Assembly: GCA_964533495.1 (NCBI GenBank)
Contig: CAZHJU010000001.1
Coordinates: forward strand, 45,124-109,123
Origin: an uncultured Bordetella sp.
GTDB taxonomy: Bacteria; Pseudomonadota; Gammaproteobacteria; Burkholderiales; SG8-41
Length of the DNA stretch: 64,000 nucleotides
Direction of reading: 5' to 3'
The notes under the pieces are model-generated. The model was not told the DNA's origin. It saw nothing but the letters and a program-made list of their open reading frames with translations, and did no database searches. Shown one piece after another: positions 54,852-64,000 of this stretch. The translations under genes were made by a program, and so were the position numbers. Positions within the stretch are counted from its first letter, which is position 1. Each line of letters opens with the position of its first letter.

Positions 54852-56115
54852 CTTCGACTTTAACAAATTACCGTTGCGCATCATCGCCGCCGCCGTCGCC
54901 GTGGCAATCGCCGCGACGGCCTGCCGGTCAACGCCGGAAAAGGCGCCGCCCGCCGCCGCGGAACCGGCCGCCGTGCCGGCTCCGGCACCCGTGCCGCTGC
55001 CCGTACCACCGCCGGCAACCGAAGCCGCGCCGCCGTCAGCCCGGCCGACCCCCGCGCTCACCGGCAACCACCTGCGCCGCGGCCAGTGGACGGAACTGCC
55101 CGGCTGGCAGGACGACGATCCGGCAGCCGCGTGGAACGCATTCCTCGTCAGTTGCGGCACGCTGAAAACACAGGCGGCATGGCGCGCGGTCTGCACCGAG
55201 GCGCTCGCCGCGCCGCGGCCGGACCGCAAAGCGGCGCGGCAGTTCTTCGAGGCGAACTTCACGCCGTACCAACTGCTGCAGGCCGACGGGCGCGGCGAAG
55301 GCCTCGCCACGGGATATTACGAACCGCTGCTGCGCGGCAGCCGCAAACCGACGGCACGTTACCGTTATCCGCTGTACGGCGTCCCCGACGACCTAGTCAC
55401 GCTGGACCTGCCGGATTTCGGCATCGACGCCCGCGAACCGCGGCTGCGCGGACGGCTCGACGGCAAACGCGTGCTGCCCTATTACGAACGCGCGCAGATC
55501 GAGGCCGGACTGGCCGCGGTCAAAGGCCGGGAAATCGCCTGGGTCGACGATCCGGTGGAATTGTTCTTCCTGCAGATCCAGGGCTCGGGGCGCATCGATC
55601 TCGATGGCGGCGGCGTGCTGCGCGTCGGCTTCGCCGACCACAACGGCCACCCCTACCGCTCCATCGGCCGCCTGCTGATCGACCGCGGCGAGCTGGCGGC
55701 GGAACGCGCCTCGATGCAGGGCATCAAGGCCTGGGCAAGACAGAACCCGGACAAGCTGCGTGAAGTGCTCGATCACAACCCGCGCTACATCTTTTTCCGC
55801 GAACTGCCGGAAGGACTCGGCGGTCCGCTCGGCGCCCAGGGCGTGCCGCTGACGGCGCGCCGTTCGATCGCCGCGGACCCGCGTTATGTGCCGCTGGGCG
55901 CCCCCGTGTTTCTCGCCACCACCTGGCCGCTCAGCAACCGGCCGCTGCAGCAGCTGATGCTGGCCCAGGACACGGGCTCCGCAATCCGTGGCCCGGTGCG
56001 CGCCGATTTTTTCTGGGGCTACGGCGATGAAGCCGGACGCGAGGCCGGACGCATGAAACAGGCCTTGCGGATGTGGCTGCTGCTGCCCCACGGTTATCCG
56101 GTGAACGGACCGTGA
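54844..56115 (+). CDS. mltA: membrane-bound lytic murein transglycosylase A
   Basis: 423 aa. Lipobox is IAATAC. MltA-type segments are TGYYEP.L.GS...YPLY and QGSGRI. 3D-domain tail is AQDTGSAIRGPVRADFFWG. Confidence 0.85.
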   Translation: MHSFDFNKLPLRIIAAAVAVAIAATACRSTPEKAPPAAAEPAAVPAPAPVPLPVPPPATEAAPPSARPTPALTGNHLRRGQWTELPGWQDDDPAAAWNAFLVSCGTLKTQAAWRAVCTEALAAPRPDRKAARQFFEANFTPYQLLQADGRGEGLATGYYEPLLRGSRKPTARYRYPLYGVPDDLVTLDLPDFGIDAREPRLRGRLDGKRVLPYYERAQIEAGLAAVKGREIAWVDDPVELFFLQIQGSGRIDLDGGGVLRVGFADHNGHPYRSIGRLLIDRGELAAERASMQGIKAWARQNPDKLREVLDHNPRYIFFRELPEGLGGPLGAQGVPLTARRSIAADPRYVPLGAPVFLATTWPLSNRPLQQLMLAQDTGSAIRGPVRADFFWGYGDEAGREAGRMKQALRMWLLLPHGYPVNGP

Positions 56116-56156
56116 TGGCCTGCGCCGCCCGGATGTGAGCGCACGCCAACTCTCGT

Positions 56157-56199
56157 GACTTATTATAAGTACTTGTTTTTATTGATATTTTTATAAATT
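56157..56199 (+). repeat. AT-rich dispersed repeat, copy D
   Basis: acttattataagtacTTGTTTTTATTGATatttttataaatt. It lies in the convergent gap between the mltA stop (56115) and the cyclase stop (56288). Confidence 0.75.
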
Positions 56200-56287
56200 G
56201 CTCGCTTCCGCCCCGTAATGAAAGGGACGGGCGATGCACACCGGCTTATTCGCGAGCCCGCTGTCCGGTTTCTGCGGCAGGACGCAT

Positions 56288-58645
56288 TCAGTGCGGCTGC
56301 AGCGCCCACACCCCGTCCCAGTCCTCCGGCGGCGGATTGTCGCGATAGATCGCACAGCGCTCGAGATAAAGCTGCGAAGGACGGTCTCCGGGACAGGCGG
56401 CCAGCGCATCCCGGAACAGGGCCTCGGCCCGCCGCCACGAACGATTGCGGTAATGGCCGACGGCCTCGGCAAAAGTGAACAGGACCTCGTCCATCCGCGG
56501 GAAGCTCCGCTCCGTGTGGTGTTCCAGCACTTCGCTGATGGACACCGGCGCCTGCCGCCCGCGCACCCGGATCAGGTCGAGTTCGCGCAAACGCAGCGGC
56601 CTCCCCAGCCGCGCCACGGTGGTTTCGCAGACCAGCACATCCGTGCCGTAATACTTGTTGGCATTCTGCAGCCGCTCCGCCAGGTTGACCCGGTCTCCGA
56701 TCACCGTGTATTCCAGCCGCTTCGGCGAGCCGATGCTCCCGGCGACGACGCTGCCGGTGCTGATGCCGATGCCGATGGTGATGGGCTCGTGCCCTGCCGG
56801 AGTCCGGCGGCCGTTCAGCTCGCGCAGGGCCATCATCATCCGGCTGCCGACGGTGACTGCATTCTCCGCGTCGTTGTGTGACGTGCGCACCGAACCGAAG
56901 ACGGCCATGATCATGTCGCCGATGTACTTGTCGAGTATGCCGTTGTGGGCAAACACGATGTCGACCATGTCCGTGAAATAATCGTTGAGCATCGCCACCG
57001 TCTCGCGCGGCCCCAGCCGCTCGGACAGCGCGGTGAAGCCGCGGATGTCGGAAAACAGCACGCTCACCTCGCGGTTGGTGCCGCCGAGGACGGCATCGCC
57101 GCCCTCCAGCAGTTCGTCCATCACCGCCTTGCTCATGTAGCGCGACATCGTGTTGCGCAGCCTCTTCTCGCGGGTGATGTCCTCCATGATCAGCATCGAA
57201 CCGAGCGGATCGTCGTGCACGTCCTGCAACGGCACCGCCGTCATGTTCACCGACACCGCGCGCCGGCCGCCGAGCACGAGGTCCGAATCGACGGTGCTGT
57301 CGATCCTTCCGGTGCGCAGCACCTTCTCCAGGCTGTGGGTCACCCAGCTGTTGGGCCCCTCGAACACCTCGCCCACCTTGCGGCTGACGATCTCCCCTTC
57401 GGTGCGCTGCAGGATGCGCAGGGCCGACTGGTTGACCTTGCTGACGGCATTGCCCGCGTCCAGGGTCAGCACGCCGTTGCTCATGCTGCGCAGGATGCTC
57501 TCGTTGTAATTGCGCGAGTTGCTGACGTCCTCGAACAGCTGGGCATTCTCGATCGACACCGCGGCCTGGGCGCACAGCGCCGCCAGCCGGCGCTGGTCGG
57601 CGGCGGTGAAGGGTCCTTCCTTCTTGTTCAGTATCTCCATCACGCCGACCTTGTTGCCACCCTTCGTGGTGATCGGCATGCAGAGGATGTTGCGCGTGCG
57701 GTAGCCGGTGCCCTTGTCGACATCCGGATTGAACCGGGGATCGCTGTAGGCATCGTCGATGCTGATGCGCACGCCCCGGGTGAAACACTCGCCGGCGATG
57801 CCCGCGCCGGCCGGAAAGCGGATCTCGCGCGCAGTCTCCCCCTCCGCGACCCGCGACCACAGCTCGTTGCCGGACGGATCGTGGAGAAACAGGGAACCGC
57901 GGTCGGCGCCGAGCAGCTGCGTCGCCGCGGCAAGTATCTTCTCGAGCAGCGGATCGAGCAGGATTTCCGAGGTGATCGAGCTGACCACGTCGAGCAGCAG
58001 CGCCTCCTCGCGCTGCGCCCGCTCCACCCGCTCGAACATGCGCGCGTTTTCGAAAGCAGCAGCCGCCTGCGAAGACAGTCCTTCCAGCATCTGCTGGTCT
58101 TCCGCGTCGAAGCCCCCCTCCCGCTTGTTCAGCGCCTGGGTGACGCCGATCACCACCTGCTTCTTGTTGCGGATGGGCACACAGAGGATGTTGCGCGTGC
58201 GGTAGCCGGTCTCGTCGTCGACCTTCCGGTTGAACCGCGGATCGGCATAGGCGTCCGGGATGATCTCCCCCCTGCCGCTGGTGAACACCGAACCGGCGAT
58301 GCCGCGATCCGCTGGAAAGCGCACCTCGCCCATCGCATTGCCCTGCATGACCCGGGAAAACAGCTCCTTCGTCTCCGCATCGTACAGAAACAGCGAGCTG
58401 CGCTCCGCGTTGAGAGTCTCGGTCACCACTTCCATCAGCCGCGGGAACAGCACGTCCAGCGACAGCGTGTCCGACACCCGGTTGGCGACATCGACCAGCG
58501 CGGTGGTCCGGCGCACCAGCTCCGTGATGCGGATCAGCAGCTGTGTTTTTTCCGCATCCGAAAGGCCGCCGAGCAGGCGCTCGATGTCGGATTGATGCAG
58601 GCGGCGCTCGAGAATGCCGCGGATGATCTCGAAATCGATTTTCAT
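56288..58645 (-). CDS. GAF-GAF-PAS class III adenylate/guanylate cyclase
   Basis: 785 aa. Two GAF-like regions (LFLYDAETKELFSRV...; LFLHDPSGNELWSRV...) and a PAS-like region. Cyclase catalytic domain is VSVLFSDIRGFTALSE...DKYIGDMIMAVFG...SIGS..RLEYTVIGD.VN.A.RL. Confidence 0.85.
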   Translation of the reverse strand: MKIDFEIIRGILERRLHQSDIERLLGGLSDAEKTQLLIRITELVRRTTALVDVANRVSDTLSLDVLFPRLMEVVTETLNAERSSLFLYDAETKELFSRVMQGNAMGEVRFPADRGIAGSVFTSGRGEIIPDAYADPRFNRKVDDETGYRTRNILCVPIRNKKQVVIGVTQALNKREGGFDAEDQQMLEGLSSQAAAAFENARMFERVERAQREEALLLDVVSSITSEILLDPLLEKILAAATQLLGADRGSLFLHDPSGNELWSRVAEGETAREIRFPAGAGIAGECFTRGVRISIDDAYSDPRFNPDVDKGTGYRTRNILCMPITTKGGNKVGVMEILNKKEGPFTAADQRRLAALCAQAAVSIENAQLFEDVSNSRNYNESILRSMSNGVLTLDAGNAVSKVNQSALRILQRTEGEIVSRKVGEVFEGPNSWVTHSLEKVLRTGRIDSTVDSDLVLGGRRAVSVNMTAVPLQDVHDDPLGSMLIMEDITREKRLRNTMSRYMSKAVMDELLEGGDAVLGGTNREVSVLFSDIRGFTALSERLGPRETVAMLNDYFTDMVDIVFAHNGILDKYIGDMIMAVFGSVRTSHNDAENAVTVGSRMMMALRELNGRRTPAGHEPITIGIGISTGSVVAGSIGSPKRLEYTVIGDRVNLAERLQNANKYYGTDVLVCETTVARLGRPLRLRELDLIRVRGRQAPVSISEVLEHHTERSFPRMDEVLFTFAEAVGHYRNRSWRRAEALFRDALAACPGDRPSQLYLERCAIYRDNPPPEDWDGVWALQPH

Positions 58646-58666
58646 GTCCGCGGCATCATGGCCGGA

Positions 58667-60466
58667 TCAGAGATCGGAAAGCCGCAGTTTCGCGAGCCCC
58701 GCGCCGCTTTTCTCGAAGACCATGATGTCCTCGGCAGTCAGCGGCGGACTGACATGGGGCCCCTGGACCCGCTCGCAGCCCAGGGCCAGCAGCGCAACGA
58801 CGGTTTCGCCGTCGGCCACCCCCTCGGCCGTGACCCGCAGGCCGAGGTCGCGGGCAAGCCGGACCAGGGAGCGGATGATTTTTCCGTGCAGTTGCGAACG
58901 CTGCATGTCATGCACGAATTCCGCGCTGAGCTGCATCTCGTCGAAGGGCAGCTGGGCAAGGTTGCCCAGCGAGGAGGCGCCGGTGGCGAAACCCGCGATG
59001 CCCAGCCGCAGCCCGAGGCGCTTGAGGCGGGCAAAGGCGTCCTTCACCTGCGCCAGGTCGCCGGCGATGGCGGACTCGTGCACGCCGATGACCACGCGCC
59101 CCGGCGGCACGCCCCAGGTGCGCAGCGCGCGATCGACGAATTCCGGAAAATCGGGCTGCAGCAGACCGCTCGCCGACACCTTCAATCCCAGCTTGCACTG
59201 CAGCCCCGCCTTGGCGAATTCGGCGCTCTGGCGCAACGCATTGTTGAACACCCACCAGGTCACTTCGCGCACCAGGCCCGCGCTTTCCGCGGTGCCGAGC
59301 GCCTCGGCCTCGGACACTTCGCCAAGCTCGGCATCGGTCCAGCGCAGGCTGCATTCGAGCCCGCCGATGCGTCCCGACTGGGCATCGAGCTGCGGCTCGA
59401 AGGCAAGGCCGAGCGTGTTCTCTTCCAGCGCGCGGCGCAGCCGCGTCTCGTAACGCAGCTGGCGCTCCTCGCTCTCGCCATGCGCCGGATCGTAGACCGC
59501 GGTGCGTTCGGCGGAGCCCCGGGCGACCCGTGCCGCCAGCTTGGCGTTGCGCACCAGCGTCTGCGGATCGCCGCCGTGGTCCGGATAAACGACGATGCCG
59601 ATCGCCACGTCGGTATCGAAAATGCGGTCGCCGATCGGAATCGGCGTCTCCAGCGCACCCATCACCTTGTTGGCGGCGAGAATGGCCACACCCTCGCCGG
59701 CAATCCCCGGCAACAGGCAGGCGAACTGGTCGCGGCTGACGCGGCCCAGCTGATCCTGCCTGCGCAGCACACCCTCGCGCATGCGGCGGGTCACGCGCAG
59801 CATGAAGGCCTCGCCTTTCTGCAGGCCGAGCTGGCGGTCGATCTGCTCGACCTTCCCGACCTGCAGCAGCAGCAGGCCGAGCTGCCTGCCGTCCTGGCGA
59901 TGGCTTTCGATCGTGTTCCGGAAGATTTCCATGAATGCCGCGTATTCGGGTGTCGGCAACGTGCGCACGACCCCGCCCTCTTCCTGGCTGCGCGCCGCAA
60001 GCGACGCCAGCAGTGCCAGCTGCAGGAAATTGAAACGCTGCAGCGCCAGCAGGGTTTCCGTGCATTGCGCGGCATCGTCGCCGTACAGCCGCAGCACGCC
60101 GCGGGTCATCGCGTCCTGGAAACGCAGGCAATCCCGGCGCATGCGCTCGAGAGGCTCGCCTTCCGCATCGAGCGCCCATTCGCCGAGCGCGGCGTGCATC
60201 GTCGCCGCATCCGCGTTGCCGGACACCGCCTGCGTCTCGAACGCGGCCGCCAGCGTGCCGGCGACCGGCACGAACAGGTCCGGCGCCCGCTCCCGAACCT
60301 CCCGGAAGGCCGCGGCCACCCGGCCCAGCACATCCGGGCCGGCATTGAATTCCTCCGCCAGGCGCGCCGTCAGCGCGCCAAGGCTGATCGCCGCCTCCGG
60401 TGCGCCGTCCGCGGCCGGCGCAGAGGAAGATTCAGAGGAAGAATTCGGAGGGATCGATGGGGACAC
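58667..60466 (-). CDS. GGDEF-EAL tandem-domain protein with both active sites degenerate
   Basis: 599 aa. The GG[DE]EF position reads SRDQF (GRVSRDQFACLLPG). In the EAL domain, ECSLRW replaces EALxR, IAGFATG replaces DDFGTG, and FDEMQLS replaces the K-x-D segment. 35-nt overlap with the upstream gene end. Confidence 0.8.
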   Translation of the reverse strand: MSPSIPPNSSSESSSAPAADGAPEAAISLGALTARLAEEFNAGPDVLGRVAAAFREVRERAPDLFVPVAGTLAAAFETQAVSGNADAATMHAALGEWALDAEGEPLERMRRDCLRFQDAMTRGVLRLYGDDAAQCTETLLALQRFNFLQLALLASLAARSQEEGGVVRTLPTPEYAAFMEIFRNTIESHRQDGRQLGLLLLQVGKVEQIDRQLGLQKGEAFMLRVTRRMREGVLRRQDQLGRVSRDQFACLLPGIAGEGVAILAANKVMGALETPIPIGDRIFDTDVAIGIVVYPDHGGDPQTLVRNAKLAARVARGSAERTAVYDPAHGESEERQLRYETRLRRALEENTLGLAFEPQLDAQSGRIGGLECSLRWTDAELGEVSEAEALGTAESAGLVREVTWWVFNNALRQSAEFAKAGLQCKLGLKVSASGLLQPDFPEFVDRALRTWGVPPGRVVIGVHESAIAGDLAQVKDAFARLKRLGLRLGIAGFATGASSLGNLAQLPFDEMQLSAEFVHDMQRSQLHGKIIRSLVRLARDLGLRVTAEGVADGETVVALLALGCERVQGPHVSPPLTAEDIMVFEKSGAGLAKLRLSDL

Positions 60467-61688
60467 TGTCCTGCTCCAGGGTGCGTTTGATCCGGTACGG
60501 GACGCTGGGCGCGGCTTTGGGTTCCTGCGCGAGGTCGAGTATCAGTTGCGGACGTTTGGCCGCGCCCTGCGCGTCGAGCACCACCATCACCTTCGGCAAC
60601 AGGCGCCTGACCAGATTCTGCGCGATGACGATGCCGATTTCTCCGGAGTTCAGCTCGACCAGGGCGCCGACGGGAAAAATGCCGATGCACTGCACGAACT
60701 GCTCGACCAGCGGCCCATCGAACTGCACGTTGCGGGTGTTATAGAGGTGATTGAGCGCGTTCGACGGCGAATAGACCTCCGCGTAGGGGCGCGGATGCGT
60801 CATCGCGTCGAAACAGTCGACCAGGCCCGCAATCGAGCCGAACAGGCCGATCTGGTCGCCTTTCAGGCCCTTGGGATAACCGCTGCCGTCGTAACGCTCA
60901 TGGTGGAGCGCGGCCAGCTCCGGCAGCCCCGGCGGCAGGCCCGGAGTCTCCTTGAGGATCGCCACCGAATGCGCGATGTGGCTGCGGCAGACCATCAGTT
61001 CGGGCTTGGACAGGGGACCCTTTTTCTCGACGACTTCCTCCGGCACCGCCGTCATGCCGACGTCCTGCAGCAATCCCAGCATCCCGAGCAGGTCGAGCTG
61101 TTCGCGCGGCAGCTGCAGGAACCGGCCGAAGGTCAGCATGTAGATCGACACGCCAAAGGCGCGGTCCAGGGTATGCCCGCCCTTCTCCTTGAGCTTGGCG
61201 AGCAGCATCATCGCATCCGGATTGCGCACCACGCTGTCCGTCATGCTGGTGACGGCTTCCTGCACGCGCGGCGCGTCGAGCGCCCTGCCGGCCTCCACCT
61301 GGCCCATGATGTCCCGGAGCACGACCTCGGTCTGGCGCTGCGCGGTGCGTGCAACCGGCAATTCCTCGTCGACCGTGGATTTTTCGCGGTAGACGACCTT
61401 GTGCTTGATCGTCGTCAGCACGCTGGGGCCGAGCGGCTCCGCCACGCGCGGCCTCGCCGAGGACGGCTCGCCGGCGCGGCTGGTCAGCAGCGCGCTGCGG
61501 TCGGGCAGATCGGGCCCCTTGTCGAGGTCGATGATGACCTTCTTGCAGTATTTTTTGAGGGCTTCCAGCTGCTTGTCGTTATTCAGCACGAAGCCCTGGT
61601 ACATGAACGGCGTTTCCGTCCACGGGCGGTCCAGCTCGGAGACGAACACTCCGAATTCGAGTTGTTCTACAGGGACTTCTTTTTTCAT
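60432..61688 (-). CDS. DUF3391-type N-terminal domain plus HD-GYP domain with HD replaced by QD
   Basis: 418 aa. N-terminus is LEFGVFVSELDRPWTETPFMYQGF. The HD-GYP core reads LGLLQDVGMTAVP where HD(I/C)GK is expected. HHERYDGSGYPKGL is intact. Confidence 0.8.
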   Translation of the reverse strand: MKKEVPVEQLEFGVFVSELDRPWTETPFMYQGFVLNNDKQLEALKKYCKKVIIDLDKGPDLPDRSALLTSRAGEPSSARPRVAEPLGPSVLTTIKHKVVYREKSTVDEELPVARTAQRQTEVVLRDIMGQVEAGRALDAPRVQEAVTSMTDSVVRNPDAMMLLAKLKEKGGHTLDRAFGVSIYMLTFGRFLQLPREQLDLLGMLGLLQDVGMTAVPEEVVEKKGPLSKPELMVCRSHIAHSVAILKETPGLPPGLPELAALHHERYDGSGYPKGLKGDQIGLFGSIAGLVDCFDAMTHPRPYAEVYSPSNALNHLYNTRNVQFDGPLVEQFVQCIGIFPVGALVELNSGEIGIVIAQNLVRRLLPKVMVVLDAQGAAKRPQLILDLAQEPKAAPSVPYRIKRTLEQDSVPIDPSEFFL

Positions 61689-61784
61689 GTTCTTGGAATC
61701 AGTCCGCGACCGCCAGACCCCCCTGGCACGCCCTGGTGAATTCTCCGTCCGGCCGACAGCAGGCGCAAGAGCGCCGTTGCCGGC

Positions 61785-62552
61785 TCAAAATTCGAATACG
61801 TGATTGTTCTGCAGCAGCCGCGGCGGAATCTTCACCGGCAGTTCCTCGATCTCCTGCATCGTCAGCTCGATCTCGCTGGGTTTGAGATGGGTGATGTAAA
61901 CCTCCACCTGCCGCTGCAGCTTGGCCAGTTCCTCGCCGAGCATCGACGGGCAGAGGTGCCGCGCCAGTTCCGCCAGCCTGCGATCCTTGTCCGAAAACGC
62001 CGTTTCGATGATCAGGTACTTCAGGTTCTCCGTGCGGTTGACGATTTCCCACAACCCGTCGTTGGGCCCGGTATCGCCGCTGAAAGCGAGGCTGCCCTTG
62101 CCGCTGTCGAGCAGGTAACCGACCGCGGGCACGGTATGGATCGCCGGCAGGGCCGTGATCTTCCGCCCGCCGAGGTCGATGACGCTGCCCACCTCGATTT
62201 CCCGGTACTGCATGAAGGGGGCCTCCGGCGTCGGAATCACGGTGAAGTCGGGCCAGATATCCCAGTTGAACAGGTTTTTCTTGAGAATCTCGATCGTCGG
62301 TGCGGTGGCATAGACCGTCACCGGCTTCGGCCGCAGGGCGCCCACCGAGTCCAGGAAAAACGCGATGGAATCGACGTGATCGAGATGCGAATGGGTGACG
62401 AAGATATGGTCGATCAGCGAAAGCTCCGGCAGGGACAATTCACCGACACCGGTGCCGGCATCGATCAGGATGTCCTGGTCGACCAGGAAAGACGTCGTGC
62501 GGTGCTGTTGCCCGCCGATGCTGCCGGAACAGCCGAGTATGCGCAGGCGCAT
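61785..62552 (-). CDS. class II 3',5'-cyclic-nucleotide phosphodiesterase (metallo-beta-lactamase fold)
   Basis: 255 aa. THSHLDHVDSIAFFLDS matches the class II PDE signature H-x-H-L-D-H-[LIVM]-x-[GS]. N-terminus LRILGCSGSIGG...LIDAGTG. Confidence 0.75.
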   Translation of the reverse strand: MRLRILGCSGSIGGQQHRTTSFLVDQDILIDAGTGVGELSLPELSLIDHIFVTHSHLDHVDSIAFFLDSVGALRPKPVTVYATAPTIEILKKNLFNWDIWPDFTVIPTPEAPFMQYREIEVGSVIDLGGRKITALPAIHTVPAVGYLLDSGKGSLAFSGDTGPNDGLWEIVNRTENLKYLIIETAFSDKDRRLAELARHLCPSMLGEELAKLQRQVEVYITHLKPSEIELTMQEIEELPVKIPPRLLQNNHVFEF

Positions 62553-62722
62553 GCCGGGCCGCCTATCGCCGTACGGCCGCTTCCGGAGACGATCCGGGGC
62601 ATGCGGATGGGCTGCAAAGGGCGTGTGCGGACTTCATGCTGTTCTTTCGGTCGAGACGGGGGGAAAGAAAGAACGGTCGATTTTACTCCAAAGCACCCCG
62701 TGCGCCGGTGCCGGGGGAACGC

Positions 62723-63277
62723 CTAGCGTTCCGGCCACTCCACCAGCAAGCGGCTTTTCACGGGACGGCCGTCCTTCCGGCCCGGGGCAAACCGGATCAC
62801 CAGCAGCCGTTCCCGGATATCCGCCACCGGATAACCGGGGTCCGCCGCAACGACGTCCACCACGCGGCCCTGCTGGTCGATGCCGACCCAGACGCGCACA
62901 TGGGCCACGGGCAAAGCCTGCCGCGAGTCCGGCAATTCCAGAAGCTCGGGGTACTGGTCCAGTTCACGCGCCGGGTAAAAGCGGGAGTCGGTTCCGGCCG
63001 CGCCGGCATCGGGCGCCGGTGAAAGCTCCGCGCCGCGCGCGACACGGGAACGCGGCCGCTTCGCCGGATCCGGAACGACAGCCCTCTCCGCATCCGCCAC
63101 AAACGCCGCTCCCTGCGGCATCGCGGGCGGGCTTTCCAGGCGGGCCTGCAGCAGCGGTCCCGGCATGGCGGAACCACGGACACCCCCGCTCCAATTGCCG
63201 GCCAGCAGAATATGCGCCAGCAGGGACAGGCCCAGGGCGACCTGGAACCTGCGGTCCGGAACGTTGCCAGGGATCAT
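62723..63277 (-). CDS. TonB C-terminal-domain-like protein (uncertain)
   Basis: 184 aa. One N-terminal hydrophobic segment and a Pro/Ala-rich linker. C-terminal V.V.IDQQGRVVDVV......ADIRE.L..IRF.PG.KDGRPV resembles the TonB_C fold pattern. Confidence 0.4.
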   Translation of the reverse strand: MIPGNVPDRRFQVALGLSLLAHILLAGNWSGGVRGSAMPGPLLQARLESPPAMPQGAAFVADAERAVVPDPAKRPRSRVARGAELSPAPDAGAAGTDSRFYPARELDQYPELLELPDSRQALPVAHVRVWVGIDQQGRVVDVVAADPGYPVADIRERLLVIRFAPGRKDGRPVKSRLLVEWPER

Positions 63278-63301
63278 CTCCGACGCTCCCCGGCCGGCCG
63301 T

Positions 63302-64000
63302 CTACCGCGGGGCGGTAAAAGCCTGTTCCAGCTTGTCGGCCGGCAGGTAGCCGCCGACCTGCTGGCCGTTGGCAAGAAATACCGCCGGCGTGCCGCGCAC
63401 GCCGAAACGCTGGGCAAGCCGCTGATTGTCTTCGAGGGGCGTCGCGCAGGTCTTCACGGCATTGGCGGGCAGCGACGCCTTGTTCATCAGGTCATCCCAG
63501 GCTTTGGCGCGGTCCTTCGCGCACCACACCGCCTTCGATTTTTCGGCGGAGTCGGGCGACAGGATGGGCAGCAGGAAGGTGTACACGGTGATGTCGGTCA
63601 TCTTGTTGAGTTCCTTCTGCAGTTCCTTGCAGTAGCCGCAGTTCGGATCCTCGAAGGTATAGACCACCCGCTTGCCGCTGCCTTTCACCCGCTTGATGGC
63701 GTTGCCCTGGGCATTGACCAGCGCGCCGGAGGCGATCTGGTCGCGGCGCTCGCCGGTCAGATTGCGTTCCTGCCGGGCACGCAGGTCGAACAGGTTTCCG
63801 CTCATCAGGTACGTCAGTTTTTCATCGGTATAGACCACCTGCCCGTCGAACACGACTTCGTAGAGGCCGGGAAAAGGCATCCGGGTGACGCTTTCGATTT
63901 TCATCGACGGAAAGCGCGCTTCGAAAGCCTTGCGCACATTGCCTTCGCTGGCCTGCGCCGGAGTTGCCGTCATCAGTCCCGCAAAGACAACGGAGGCGAG
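63302..64000 (-). CDS. dsbC: thiol:disulfide interchange protein DsbC/DsbG family; 5' end outside the window
   Basis: CGYC active site (DPNCGYCKELQKEL). The frame stays open to the window edge and reads a signal-peptide end (...LASVVFAGLMTATPAQA). Confidence 0.8.
   Translation of the reverse strand, partial: LASVVFAGLMTATPAQASEGNVRKAFEARFPSMKIESVTRMPFPGLYEVVFDGQVVYTDEKLTYLMSGNLFDLRARQERNLTGERRDQIASGALVNAQGNAIKRVKGSGKRVVYTFEDPNCGYCKELQKELNKMTDITVYTFLLPILSPDSAEKSKAVWCAKDRAKAWDDLMNKASLPANAVKTCATPLEDNQRLAQRFGVRGTPAVFLANGQQVGGYLPADKLEQAFTAPR

Noticed and set aside
60432-60466. 35-nt overlap between the QD-GYP gene end and the GGDEF-EAL start, considered as a possible frameshift or fusion.
   Set aside because: The two frames differ, and each gene has its own plausible start and stop. 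Overlaps of this size occur in compact operons. No slippery sequence was noticed.
56945-60490. 1181-aa ORF on the plus strand spanning the cyclase and GGDEF-EAL genes. Similar giants occur at 40179-42593 (804 aa), 27070-29775 (901 aa), 24988-27030 (680 aa), 10506-12146, 50569-52200 and 59781-61739.
   Set aside because: All lie antisense to genes with clear domain motifs. They are dominated by Arg/Ala/Gly/Pro/His runs and carry no recognisable motifs. Such stop-free shadow frames are expected in GC-rich DNA.

Overview
This is a visibly GC-rich chromosomal segment, roughly two-thirds G+C by eye, with betaproteobacterial-type gene content and synteny. I called about 60 protein-coding genes, packed tightly on both strands. 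No rRNA, tRNA, CRISPR array, transposase or phage gene is recognisable.

Housekeeping backbone: rplM-rpsI, argC, erpA, anmK, tyrS, fbp, msrA, pdxH, coq7, trpEGDC, gph, rpe, apaG, mltA and dsbC.

Accessory content:
- Five Bug/TctC (TTT) solute-binding genes.
- An IclR-linked cluster with a 782-aa cytoplasmic Cys-type sulfatase.
- A Bug-PrpD-hydrolase operon.
- A LysR-linked DUF2917-cupin/TSUP/DinB cluster.

Observations most worth a second look:
1. A four-gene minus-strand operon (56288-62552). It combines a class II cyclic-nucleotide phosphodiesterase, an HD-GYP protein whose HD dyad reads QD, a doubly degenerate GGDEF-EAL protein and a GAF-GAF-PAS class III cyclase.
2. A dispersed family of about 40-bp AT-rich repeats with core TTGTTTTTATT. 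There are at least six copies. Two bracket a LysR pseudogene, several overlap the last codons or stop of genes, and one sits in frame inside a conserved CDS.
3. A 1908-aa tandem-duplicated UvrA-family protein with four ABC modules. It carries an in-frame double-hairpin REP-like insertion and is translationally coupled to a secreted ankyrin protein.
4. Two decayed regulators. One is a REC-PAS-GGDEF gene whose GGDEF motifs are scattered over three reading frames. The other is a LysR gene with an in-frame TAG.

All functional calls come from motif recognition in the supplied translations. No database search was possible. The many long antisense ORFs in the track are treated as GC-driven shadow ORFs.
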